Made by a program: the position numbers and the translations under genes
In this document: positions 25,701-38,244 of the stretch, in pieces
Position numbering within the stretch: the first letter of the stretch is position 1
How the letters are laid out: each line of letters opens with the position of its first letter
Origin: Callorhinchus milii
Taxonomy: Eukaryota
Assembly: GCF_018977255.1 (NCBI RefSeq)
Contig: NW_024704742.1
Span: 75,456,001 to 75,520,000, forward strand
DNA: 64,000 nucleotides
Direction of reading: 5' to 3'
The notes under the pieces: generated by a model
Databases searched by the model: none
Told to the model about the DNA's origin: nothing
The model's input: only the letters and a program-made list of their open reading frames with translations

Positions 25701-25827
25701 GACTATTTGATAAGTGTCTACCGCAATGTGAAAAACAGTCTTCCAAATGTCATATGTCTGAATGTCTGTGGGTAATCTTGCAGAGTGAGTATCCTTCAAT
25801 CACAAGGCGATATTGGATGAACTAGAA

Positions 25828-27091
25828 CAGGGTGGTCCAACCTTTTGGCTACTGACTACTGGATGCCGGATTTGAGACGTCTCCATGGGTTGAATAAGCA
25901 ATATTTTTGTGATTCCCTTACAAGATTAACCAACAAAACGGATGAACCATGACTCAGTGCACCAAGGTCCGAGGCCCCGAATACCTTTTACCTCCTGGCT
26001 GCACCTCTCTTCCCGTCACTCTCCGTTATGAGGCAGCGCAGCGAGTGACAGGAAGAGAGGCAGAGCTGGAGGTATGATTCATTCCTCCGCTCCTCTTGCC
26101 ATCCCTCTCTGCTCTGACCCGTGCCTCCTACAGCCTGAGGAAGCTATGCATTGAGTGACAGCAAAGGGGCAGAGCTGGAGGTACGAGTCATATCTCCAGG
26201 ATGTCAGGCGAGGTAAGAGGCAGTGTGGAGAGCAGAAGCCATGTCTAGCAGCAATAGAGCTTATCTTAGTAGTGCTGAAAAATAGTTTGATATAGACGTG
26301 TTGACGAATTTGTGCACTTTCTGGATGTCATATCACATATTAAATGTGAGAAAAAANGAATTGTTTTAAGATTATGAAATAGAATCATTTGGTGGAATCA
26401 ACATTTCCAACTGGGGCAGTTGATCTACATACAATCTAAACCCGACCAGTAACAGTCTGAGAAGATGAACATTTGTTCTCAAAGATGAGTCTCATCAAAA
26501 ACTCACTCAGATCTACAATGATCCAGGATAGATTGAATGCACTCCAAGTTGTGTCTATTGAGTACGATTTGACACACTAAGTTTTGATCATGTAGTTGGC
26601 ATGTTTGCAACCATGAATTCCCGCAAGTATTTTAAAAAGGTAGTGTTGCATATTTTGCATGCATTGTTCAAAGGTCCCCAAATGTGATTGCGTAACTATT
26701 ACTTACTTTCTTGCAATATACAATAATCATTAAATCGACATAACACTTCTCAAGATTTTCCGACATTTCCTTGAGCAGTACAGTACAAAATGTGGCAGTT
26801 AAACATTTTCGGGGGGATGGAGTAAAACTTACTAGCTTAATAACTTAATTCAAGCTGCACATTAGAGCAAAGACCCATTAAAGTGCAGCATGAATAGGTG
26901 CAATGTTAGAACCACGATTTGAATGAAACGCTTTCATTCAAATCGCGGTTCAGCCCCCACAATACGCTTGCACTCTCATCGAGTATGAAAAAAGACTAGC
27001 GCGATCTCTGCTCCCCATAGACTTAGCAGGTAAGCAGAATGTTCCGCTGGCCAAATTATATCATCCCCCGGGTCGAATGCGGGCCGCCCTG
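25828..27091 (+). mobile_element. Decayed hAT DNA transposon with transposase C-terminal dimerisation-domain relic
   Basis: Ends cagggtggtc / ggccgccctg. About 26440-26640 translates as PVTV*EDEHLFSKMSLIKNSLRSTMIQDRLNALQVVSIE (hAT 'ERSFSKL..IK..LRSTM.Q.RLN.L' motif). An 8-bp TSD is not evident. Confidence 0.75.
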
Positions 27092-27217
27092 TTCTAATGA
27101 AAACATTCTCTTAGCGTTGTTTGTGAATCTTGCTTCTATCCCAAACACACCTAAATAAACATTTATGGGAGGATGTAGGTAAACTGTAGATTAAACTAAT
27201 TCTGTATCAAACAAGAT

Positions 27218-27567
27218 ATAATAATCCTTGCATTTGATATAGTGCCTTATCACGTCTTCGAGACGTCTCAAAGCTCTTCACAGAATATACTGTAAAGTGA
27301 ATTGACTGTATATTTTGTGGGCAAAACGCGGCAGCCAATTGCGCACAGCAAACAGTTGTGGATTGAGTGACCAAATTATTTTTTTGAAGGAATTATTACC
27401 TCCGAAAAAGTGATCCGCCAATCGACTAACAACCGGGTTCCTACTTACTGCTATGTAAACAGAGGTGTGTGGAGTAAGGAAACCTGCCCAATATTTTGCC
27501 CTGCCCAGGAATCAAACCCAGGTCTCTTGTTTGTGATGTGAGTGCTCTAAGCACTGAGCTACAGGAT
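27218..27567 (-). mobile_element. Full-length SINE, older long subfamily
   Basis: Carries the central cctctgtttac..agcagtaagtaggaacccggtt segment absent from young copies. Confidence 0.8.
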
Positions 27568-28149
27568 GGCATTATTAACGGTGGGGGGTTTCCCTTTAGA
27601 CCTTGAAATCCTGAGTTGTTGTTGCTGTCTTTTTCAAAATGTTCAAAAATAATATTTTGAATTAATACCTATGATATATCAATGGTCTCTGTTCAATAAG
27701 TTTATTAATATTGTACAAATATGATAAACCAGGTTAATAACATCAGATAAATATGCATTTACTGCTGGTCTCTCACGTTATCACATTTTTATTTTGGAAA
27801 TATAACTAGATAGTGACAAAGAATGGGATTTTGCTTTTAAATATTATAACTACCACCAATTTAGTAGCTAGAAACATCAGTAATAAAATGCTCATTTCAA
27901 AGAAATCTTATTACAGCCTACAAATGTCAACCTCACTAGTCTCTTGGCTCAGCTGAAAGTCCAGTAGATTACAGATGTCCTAGAGGCAGCAAGTGAGATA
28001 CCAAAATCATTTTAAACTTAAAATAGATTTGTGGATAATTGGAAACTTGAGAAATCGTTTTATAAGCCTATTAAAAATCAGAGGATTATCTTAAAATGTT
28101 GGAATCACTTTGGAATGACAGACAAAACTTGTTAAAAATGAAGGAATGG

Positions 28150-28635
28150 CACAACTATTATTTATCTTGCTTCTGCTTTCACAAACGAATGCAATGGTTA
28201 GACTTAGGATTACAAGAGGAGGTTAAGGAATTACTAGGGATAGTTATTCAAAGGGTAATGGCATTAGAAAGGTTACCCAGCCCCGATGGTATGCATTTTA
28301 GAATACTGAGGAAAGTTGGAAAAGAGATATTGGAAACTTTGACCACGATTTCTAGAACTTTGGGAACACTCCCATTCAAAAAGAGGAGAGAAATAAAATG
28401 GAAAATTATAGGCCTATTAGCCTTAATATCAATGATCTGTAAGATTCCATAATAAGGGATCAAAGTCAAACGGCATAGGTTAATCTGGACAGCAGCATGG
28501 ATTTCTGGAAGTTGAATTTTTTTTAAACGAATATATAGCTGAAGGGAATGCAGTGGTTCTATGAATGAATTTTTTTGGAAGATATTTGACAAGATCCAAC
28601 ACAAAAGACTTGTTATAAAGTTTTAGGCACATGGT
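28150..28635 (+). mobile_element. Old CR1 ORF2 relic
   Basis: PSPDGMHFRILRKV...PFKK..NYRPISL..; FDKIQHKRL motifs with frameshifts. Confidence 0.65.
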
Positions 28636-29579
28636 ACAATGCAACCCCATTGTAATGTGCTTCTTTATAACGCAGATTTGGTTATAATGCAGTTGCAGTG
28701 TGGATCCCTTTCAATGTGCATGGGCACAGCTAACTTTGTACATGCACAACCTCTGCCCTTGATTACAGGAAGAATACTGTCCTGATCATTTATTTATCTG
28801 TCGAACATCATGTCCTCTATGAGCTCTGACTCTCTTTACTTCCGCGCCCCCCCCAACCCCCCAACTCGGTTTGGGCTCCCAGTCAGCTGTGTAAATCACT
28901 TTGAAACATCCTCCTGATATGGGAAGCATTATATAAATGCAAATTATTATGCAGTGTTGACTGCAAAAATGTTATTATTTCTATTTTGCTGGCAACCATA
29001 GGTTACTATTATTTATTTACTATTATTTAAACAATAAGTTCTGATAAATCCGGGTAGTTTAAAGGTCGAGTTGGACAGTAGACCGGTCCAAATCTCGAGA
29101 ACGATAAGGACGGCAGTCAGAGAGGCAGAAGAAGGAGGACACGATGCCTGCAAAATTGGGACCTCTGGTCCTTGATGAAATTTTTCCACACTATCGTATG
29201 TTGTTGGATCGTTTGGATCAGTGTGCTGTTGGTTTAGATCAGCCCTTTTAGGGGAAGGACGTTATCCACATACAAACCAGCTATTCTTGCTCCTTACAGA
29301 AGGGAGCCCAACCAGGAAGGCAGATCAGATCTGTTGGTATTTTCACAGCTGCACTGATGTATATTTTCAAATAGTTTCTGTACTTTATGGTAGGTCATTT
29401 TGAAGACCATCATTCGCAGCATAAAAATTTTAACCCAATTAGATAATTTTATTATGAAGCAAGATATTTAATAAAAAAGGAAAGATTAAAATAATTTGCA
29501 CAAAAAAGTTTTCTTCAGATGTGTAGATAAATGATGCTTTGTTTGTAGCTATGTTTATAAAATGTATGAAGACATATTC

Positions 29580-30140
29580 AAATGCCCTCTTCGCCAGTCT
29601 CCCCAGCTCCAACATGCAGAAGATCCAGCTGATCCAAAACTCTGCTGCCTATATACTCAACCACACTGAACTCCGTACATCCATCACATCAGTTCTAGCC
29701 ACGTTCCACTAGCTTCCTATCACCGAACACTTCGATTTCAAGGTTCTTGAACTCGTTTTCAAATTCTATCATGCCTTGGCACCTGCCTATCTCTCTGACC
29801 TACTCACCCCCAGCCCAAAACCCACTGCCTCCACTCGACTGGCTCCTGCTTTCTGCATGTCCTTCATGCCCTCTATTCCACCAAAGGTGGCTGCGCTTTA
29901 AGCCACTATGCCCCAAAACACTCTTCCTCTATTCCTCTGCTTTGCCCCTTCTTTCTGCATCTTTCGATCGCACCTAAAGACCTTCCATTTCAGCCGTGCC
30001 ATCGGTCACCCCCCTTCCCCGCCCCTCCTTTCTCCCCCCCCTGACCCCAGATCGGGTCTGAAATGCTGCACACTGTCCAGCACTTTGGGACATCCTCCCG
30101 ACGTGAAAGGCGCTGTACAAATGTAATCTTGTTGTTGTAA
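29580..30140 (+). mobile_element. L2 3' fragment ending about 60 bp before the RNF170 first coding exon
   Basis: QLIQNSAAYIL..; tail gggacatcctcccgacgtgaaaggcgctgtacaaatgtaatcttgttgttg. Confidence 0.8.
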
Positions 30141-30214
30141 AGTGAAATATAGTTTTCACAAACAATCCTTTCAACCACTGTAACTTTTTGTTTTTTCAGA
30201 CACTGTCGTCTGGA

Positions 30215-30351
30215 ATGGAACAACATCCAGAGGAATTCATTGGATCAAGAATTGATGAGGTTTCACTGATTGAAGGAATTAGCGACCAGGTTCTTCTAAC
30301 AGTAGCTATCACCTTTGCAATGTTAGGAGGTTTAGCAACTTTTCTATATAG
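30215..30351 (+). CDS. RNF170: E3 ubiquitin ligase RNF170, coding exon 1 (MEQHPEEFIGSRIDEVSLIEGISDQVLLTVAITFAMLGGLATFLYR)
   Basis: ttttttcag acceptor (exon starts 30200), ATG 30215, AG|gtgaga donor; IEGxSDQVL motif plus N-terminal transmembrane segment. Confidence 0.93.
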
Positions 30352-30507
30352 GTGAGATAACAATACTAATCAGTTTCATTTCAGGTTTGGTTTATGTTAT
30401 ATTTTCACTACTCTACAACATTTACCATCTGTTGTGGTAGCACAATTGTGCCATGTTTTGCCCACAAGATATACAGTCAATTCAGTCGAGGATTGACTGT
30501 ACAGTTA

Positions 30508-30797
30508 AGGAGTCTTTTAGCTCAGTGGTTAGAGCACTCGACTTGCAAGCAAGAGACCTGGGTTCGATTCCCGGCAGGGGAAACCTTGAGCAAGTTTCCT
30601 TACTCCACACCCCTGATAATAATTCCTCAAGAAAAAGAAGCAATAAAAACTGTTCACTTCAATCCACGACTGTTTGTGGGACACTGCTGTATGCAATTGG
30701 CTGACGCATTTTGCCCACAAATATACAGTCAACTCACTTTACAGTATACTCTCTGAAGCGCTTTGAGACATCTATATCAAATGCAAGGATTATTGTT
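30508..30797 (+). mobile_element. Full-length tRNA-headed SINE
   Basis: Head, body and tail match the family. Confidence 0.8.
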
Positions 30798-32269
30798 ATG
30801 TTACCACACTTTGTAATTGTGAGTTATGTGACTTTGAACTCACAGTCCAGGCTGACACACCAGGCTGGGAATTTGAAAACAGAAGAGTTTCTTCCAGGAT
30901 CCTGCCCAACAATCCCACAGATAAAATTGGTTATTCACAACTTGACTTTTTGTCAGTTTTTGCTGTGTGCAAATTGGATGCTACATTAGCCTACAAAAAA
31001 TCACTACATTTTTCAGTAATTCCTATAAATACTTTTGAAACGCCCTCCTGATGTGAAAAGTGTTATGTCAAATGCAAGAATTATTTTACTTAGATGCCAC
31101 CAATTTCACTTTCACTACAATCTAGGAGAATCTATCAGCAAATGAAAAGCAAGAGAATGAAAAGCACATTTTAAATGCTTTGCAGAATGTATCTTGCAGA
31201 TTTAAAGAGAAAAAGAAAATCAGTTTACAGAATTTGGTAGACCAGAAATCAAACATGAAGATAATGGAGGACCTCCATGCTAAATTTAATATATGCTGGA
31301 AATAAGTCAGTAATTAGGTGAAACTTTGAACAAAATTGAAAAAACTAGTCAATAGAAAAATGACTATTTATGCATTGAGTGGAATACAACTAGAGACATC
31401 AACAACAATGACTTATTTTACTCAAGTATTTGAAACTTGGAAAATTGCATTTGGGTGATTTTTAAAAAAATAATAATAATCCTTGCATTTGATATAGAAC
31501 CTTATCGTGTTGCTAAACATCTCAAAATGCATTGCAGGATTATTGTGTGTAGGCAAACACTTTATGTACTTACTTTAAACTTGATTCAAGAAGTGATGGT
31601 TATTTTGTATGCAGACGTATAAAGGAGTTTAAGAGAATAAAAGTACCTGGAAAAGAAAAAAGGAATTTTATAGCATTGTTGCTGGCTTTCCACTGAAGAC
31701 ATTTGTATTTATAATTGATTAGTGCTTATGGATAAAAATGGGAAGGGGGAGAGAACTATAATGTCAACTCAGTGACTTTGAGTCAACTGAAACTTAAGAA
31801 ATGAAAACGGAACAGTACCAGAAAAATATATGAAGTGGAGATTTAAGACGATTCTAAATTGTGTGCTGCATGTAGGACATCCAGGTTCGTTGTGGGGAAA
31901 ATAAGTATATCCCTCCATTAAGGCATTTGGCACTGGGATATCACTCTTATTCCCCCTCACTACGAAAGCATCTCCCTGAGATGATTATGCAATGTTTATT
32001 ATAATAATTATCTTATAGTGCATTTGATATAACGCCTTATCATGTCTTCGAGATGTCTCAAAGCACTTCACAGAATGTACTGTAAAGTGAATTGACTGTA
32101 TAGTTTGTGGGTGAAATGCAGCAGCCAATTGCGCACAGCAGTGTCCCACAAACAGTCATGGTTTGAGTGACCAAATTATTATTTTTTTTTTGGAGGAATT
32201 AGTACCCCAGTGACAAAGTTGATATTCCTGGATGAACTGGAAAACACAGTGTTCTATAGAATGTAACAA

Positions 32270-33270
32270 AAACAAATTGCATTTATATTGCCTTTCGTGT
32301 CAGGAAGGCATCTCAAGACTCTGGACAGTTAAGGGTTTAACTGGTGTTGGAATCGAGAGGGGTGGAGGGCAAGTGGGGGGGTGGGAGGATGACTGATGCA
32401 CAATCAAAGAGGAAGATCTTGAGAGAGACAAGAGAGGGCAAGGTGAAGGGACTCAGGAATGGAGTTCTTGAAGGTGGGGGCAGAAAGGCTGAAGGCCTGT
32501 CCGCCAATAGTAAGGTGGGCAGATGGGGGGACATGGAGCAGTCCTGTGCCCACTGAGCAGAGGAAGCAGACAGGTTGGTAATGTTTTAATAGGTTGCAGA
32601 GGTAGGAGTTGAGGATGAGGATCTTAAACTCAATCCTCTGGTGATTGGAAACAAAAACAGAAGTCGTTGGGAACACTCAGCAGGTCAGGCAGCATTTATG
32701 GAGAAAGGAAAGTGACTCACTTTCCTTTCTCCATAGATGCTGCCTGACCTACTGAGTGTTCTGTTTTTGTTTTAGATTTCCAGCATCTGCAGTATTTTGC
32801 ATTTTGCCTCTAGTGATTGGACCCAGTGAAGATTAACTCACGGAGCCTGGTGTGGTAGACGACACGAGCTGCAGAGTCTTGTATAATCTGCAGCTTGTGA
32901 AGGTAAGAGTTAGGATGTCTGGAAAGCAGGGAGTTAGCGTAGTCAAACCTGGACATGATAAAAGCACAGATGAGGGTTTCGGCAGCCTGACTGGAGAGAT
33001 AGTGATGGAGGCAGACATTATTGTGGGGGAAGGCAGAATGGGTCATAGCACAGATGTGAGGTTTAAAGGACAATTGAAGGGTCAAGCAAGACACCAAGGT
33101 CCCATACTGGCTCTGAGGTGGCGAGTGCATCCATGAATCGTGGTGCTGTCAGCACCTGTGATGAGGCGTTGACTGGAGCCAAGCAGAGGCCCCCTGTGTT
33201 GTCGACGTTCAACTGGAGAAAGTTAGCTCTCAACCAGGACTTGATGTATGACAGATAATCCGTCAAGACA
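32270..33270 (-). mobile_element. L2 3' fragment interrupted by a palindromic insertion
   Basis: SWLRANFLQLNVDNT...AETLICAFIMSRFDYANSLL...LQIIQDSAARVV motifs. Confidence 0.8.
32650..32806. repeat. Palindromic short insertion (Penelope-type 3'-end sequence) with 15-bp TSD
   Basis: 45-bp arms 32671-32715 / 32717-32761 with 2 mismatches; flanked by cctctggtgattgga (32635) and cctctagtgattgga (32807). Family label is recalled, not verified. Confidence 0.75.
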
Positions 33271-33631
33271 ACAGCAACAAAATTACATTTGTGTAGCCCT
33301 TTCACGTCGGGAGTTCCTGGAGACAAAGGTAGAATAGAGTTTCAACTGCATACATGTGGATGTTAACCCCATGGCTGTGATTTTACCATGGAGCAGAAGC
33401 ACGTATATGGTCAAGGATGTCTCTTACAATCTTTCGTCCCCTTCTGAACCAGATAGTAAACCATGATTATGTATCAAGGCACTTTACAGAATTAGTTATT
33501 TTGAAACATAGTGACTGCTGTACGGGTAAAAGCAGCAGCTAATCTGCTGCTTATATCAGTAACTGCATTATGTTGGATAATCAATTAATTTGAAAGTTTT
33601 CCTTGATAAATGTGGATGAGTGAGAAATACA

Positions 33632-33958
33632 TGGAGTCCTGTAACTCAATGGTTAGAGCACTCGCCTTGCAAGCGAGATACCTGGGTTCAATTCCAGGCA
33701 CAGGACGAAACCTTGGGCAAGTTTCCTTACTCCACACGCCTAATAATAATCCCTCCAAAACCAAAACAATAATAAATTGGTCATTTTCAATCCACGACTG
33801 TTTGTGGAACACTGTGGAACACGACTGTGCGCAATTGGCTGCTACGTTTTGCCCACAAATATACAGTCAATTCACTTTACAGCATATTCTGTGAAGCGCT
33901 TTGAGACGTCAAGAAGACGTGAAAAGCGCTATATCAAATGCAAGGATTATTATTATTA
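33632..33958 (+). mobile_element. Full-length tRNA-headed SINE
   Basis: Complete head, body and (TAT)n tail. Confidence 0.85.
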
Positions 33959-34652
33959 AATATTGGCCAGAACACTGAAAGGATTCCTTGCTCTTCAAAA
34001 TAGTGCTATGGGATCGTTAAAGCCCATCTGAACCACAACTACAAGTGATGAAACCTTGGTTTACGATTTCATTTGAAGAATGATGGCTCTAACAATGCAT
34101 CTCTCCCTCAGTGCTGCGCTCGAGTGTTCAGTTATATTACAAGCTCAATCCTTGTTTTGGGGAGCAAACTCGCCCCTCTTAAAAAATCTTGAAATCTTAT
34201 GAAAATCTCGCACCCTTCTGAAAAGGTATGTTGTGTATCCACTGAATAGCCCTCATTCACAAGAAGTTACTTTTTCAAAGCATTCCAGTAAATTTTGATG
34301 GCAAGGTGTTTGTAAATGTTATTATCCATTTTTGCCTCTGCATTCATTACATGAAAGTTGGCAGAAACGCATTCAGTTCTGAAGAACTTCTCTTATTTTG
34401 ATCTTAAATTACAAATGCATTTTATTAAAAAGTTGCATCATTTTAAGATATTGATATCTTCTCAGTCCTAGCTAGAATAAAGAAAGTGTTTTCTTAAATT
34501 CAGATTCACAAACATCTTGCATCTGAAATGTTTGAGAACTGTTTTGTGGAATATTTCAAACAATTTATTTCCAAATGACCAAATGCAGGCGATGTTAATA
34601 TATGTTCTTTCTCTTTTTGTTCTCTCTTTCTTTCTCTCTTTCTTTCTTTCAG

Positions 34653-34740
34653 AAATGAACAGCAGAATATCCATCCTGAGAATCAGGAACGTGTGAGGGA
34701 ACTGCGGCAGCACCTCCAAGCTGAGGCCTTGAATCACCAG
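34653..34740 (+). CDS. RNF170: RNF170 coding exon 2 (NEQQNIHPENQERVRELRQHLQAEALNHQ)
   Basis: Long polypyrimidine tract plus ag; QNIHPENQE motif; CAG|gtacaa donor; phases consistent. Confidence 0.92.
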
Positions 34741-37441
34741 GTACAAACAATTTTGTAAAGCAAAACTGTGTTATAGTTTGATATGTTTCTCTACATTGCA
34801 ACAATCAAATAAGTAAATCATAGCTTACAATTTCGCCCACAAATGTACAATCAATTTACCTTACAGTATATTCTGTGAAGCGCTTTGAGACGTCTAGAAG
34901 ACGTGAAAAGCACTTTAACAAATGCAAGGATTATTATATATTATTACAATTCAAAATAATTAATAGAATAGTAAAAAAAGGAAATTTATTGCAGGTGCCT
35001 CTCAGATGTAGGGATTTTTACTATGGGCAAACATATGTTCGCCCATTGCCCCAGACATAAAAAAAAATCTTATTGTGTTAAAGTATGTTATTGATATGTA
35101 CTGCAGTAGTCACTTTCTTCATCTGCCACAAAGGGACTGCCTGAGAAAGATCAGTAAGTTATTCTACTTACAACTGTGGTAAATAAGTTTTGTATGCTGC
35201 TTGAAATATTAAACAAAAATAATGAAAAATACAAATTCTCTCCTGTTAAACTGAACATAAGAAATTCAGTACTTATTGTTACATGAAACTTTGGTTTGAG
35301 TCAGCCACCAAACCTTGCCTGCTGTTCCACCCCTTGCCCAAACCATGTAGTCAAATAAAGGAAAATTAGAATAGTAATGGTAATTTATTTTATCCAGTCT
35401 GGACCAAATTTCACATGTGAAATTTGCAATATATTCCTAAAATATAGGTGCCTTTGACGTTCAATAACATTTGCTATTTGTAATAACATAATAATTAAAT
35501 CTTGCATTAGATACGGTGCCTAATCACTTCATCAAAATGTCTCAATACTCTTATTAACAGGATTTTACTATAAAGTGCATTGACAATATATTTGTTGGCA
35601 AACCTGGCAGTCAATTTGTGCACAGCAATGTCCCATAAATAGCCTTGAAGTGAATGCTCAATTTTTATCTGGAATATTGATAGCCAGGACACTGGGAGAA
35701 AATCCCTTCTCTTTTCAAACTGCCATGGAATCTATACTGTTCACCTGATCAGGCAAACAGGACCTGGGTTTAATGTCTCAAAGATAGCATCTCTGACAAA
35801 TTAGCGCACCCCAATAGTGGAGTGACAGCCTAGACTGGATTGCCTGGCCTTCACTAGCCTAGTGCCATGAGCTTAAAGAGCCGACATGAGGTTTGAACCT
35901 TCTAATTCAGAGGCATGAGCTACCAACTGACGCCTGAACCATAAATATTCTCATTTTTATATGAGAGTTTTGATAGTCAATAAGGAAAATTGTTTCCACT
36001 GGGCAGTGAGTCAGTGCCTGGAGGACTCCAATTTAAGATATTTGGCAAACAAACAAATGGGGAGGTTAGGAATTTTTTCATGAATAGTTGGATATTAAAT
36101 GCTTTGCCAAGATTGGATGTTGAGACAGAATTCAGAAGGGAATTAGATAAATACCTAAAAAGGAGTAAACAACAGGAGTTTGGGAAAGGGCAGGTAAATG
36201 GGACTAAAAAAATTGCTCTTAAAGAGCCAGCATACACAAACTGGATTTCCTGGCCTTCTTGTGTGTTATGGTTATCTTTACTGAATGCAATATTCTTTTA
36301 ATTGCCAGTTATGTTTTGCGTAGCTTTTCACATCGGCGTAATGGTAGAACCTCTTGTTAAATGGTCACTATGGCAGTAATTACTTGGGAAGCACGTTAAG
36401 ATATTTCAATCTAAGATGATACTGCATAAAAATGCAACTTGTGTTTTTAATACGATTGGATGCAGCTAGATGGTTCAGTGTATGAACATTAACCTTGAAT
36501 CGTTGGACTAGGAATTTCGATCAAGTTCAGACAGAAAACTGGTTAGTGCAGAACAGATTAATCTTTTTACTGCATCTCAACACGTTTCCTGCTGGACTTG
36601 AAAGAGTTTGAATCTGATAGGAAACTATTTTTTTTATTAGTAAAACCACAGGGTGGTAGCGATGAGGTTTTAGGAGCTATCCTTTGACTATTTGTTGCAT
36701 TTTCTCACACACAAGGAGAATTATGCTTTGAAGTTGACTTGCCCGGTAATAGTCCTGGAATGAGATGGTCGAGAGAAAAATAAGCTTCTGTTAAAGGAAG
36801 GTTTAAAAATGTATGCTTTGGTAAACCAACATTAGCATTTAACTAAAACAAACTTTGTATCCACTATAAGAAGCCAAAGAGGATGTGGAAAGATCTGTTT
36901 TATATCAAGTTATTAATTTTGGAATGAAATGATGAATAGTTGAGACGTAACCTGCAGTCTTGCCACCTATTTGCGAATTAAATTTTTTTGAGTCAATCAG
37001 GTGTCTGATGCACGCGGAAACCCATCACCATGCTAAAGAGTATCGAAACCATCTACACATGGAAATTCCAGAGATAGACTGTTGGAATGGAATGTGCACT
37101 CTCTTCCTGGAGGTCGCATCCTGGTTACCTAATTCTGGAAAGTATTAGGTGCAGGTTGGCAAGAGCCAAGGCTTGGGACCCCAGAGTGTGTGTTGGGTAT
37201 GTGTTGAACATTCCTTTGCCAAGCATGTCACCTTAGAGCCAGTTCAGCTCTAAGGATACCCCGCTTAATTCGACAGAGGAAAAATGGATGTACCTTAGTG
37301 CAATTAAATGTTAATTCTAAAACCTCAATTTATACCCAGAAGAGTGATCTTTTATTTCACAACAAACTGTATTTTTTTTGTTTTAGCGATAATGGATTCA
37401 ATTCACAGATAATTTATTTCATTTTTCTAATGTTGTTAAAG

Positions 37442-37550
37442 GATGCACCAGCGCAGGATAGACAGCTATTCTACACGGATATGTCCTGTCCAGTTTGTTT
37501 ACAGCAAGCAGCGTTCCCTGTTGAAACCAACTGTGGTCATTTGTTCTGTG
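37442..37550 (+). CDS. RNF170: RNF170 coding exon 3, RING N-half ([36 protein letters not shown])
   Basis: aag acceptor, G|gtatgt donor; CxxC...CGHLFC RING ligands. Confidence 0.95.
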
Positions 37551-37601
37551 GTATGTGGTTATCGTATTATACAGCACATCCAGAAAATGTTTGAAACTTT
37601 C

Positions 37602-37986
37602 AGTCCTGTAGCGTATTGGTTAGAGCGCTTGTCTTGCAAAGGAGAGGTTCCGGGTTTGATTCCTGGACAGGGCAAAATATTGAGCAAGTTTCCTTACTCC
37701 ACACGCTTCTGTTTACCTAGCAAGTAGGAACCCAGTTATTAGTCGATTGACAGATCGCTTTTCAGAGGGTAATAATACCTTTTTTAAAAAAGGAAAAAAA
37801 TTATAATAATAATATGGTCACTCAATCCATGACTGTTTGTGGCTTGATTGACCGTATGCGCAATTGGCTGCCGTGTTTCACCCCCAAAGTATAGTCGATT
37901 CATTTTACAGTGTATTCTGTGAAGTGCTTTTGAGACATCTCAAAGATGTGATAAGGCACTATATTAAAAAAACAAGGATTATTATC
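37602..37986 (+). mobile_element. Full-length SINE, older long subfamily, about 50 bp downstream of RNF170 coding exon 3
   Basis: Diverged head plus central segment plus tail. Confidence 0.8.
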
Positions 37987-38244
37987 ATAGGTAAATTGAA
38001 GAGAGGACAAATTAGGTAATTTTTCTGCAAGAATGGAAGACTTCTAAATTTAAAAGTGGCCTATTTTGGTCTTTAACTCTGTAATCTGAATATTTTTTTC
38101 GTTTCTTCTCCAAGATTCTCCCAAGAATTGGAATTGAGCATTCTATATCATTGGGATTTCTGATAAAGTAAATTATAGTTTGTTTTTATTTTTTCTCTTC
38201 CCAATCCCCACCTATAGCACTGCCAACTGGCTTATACACTACAA

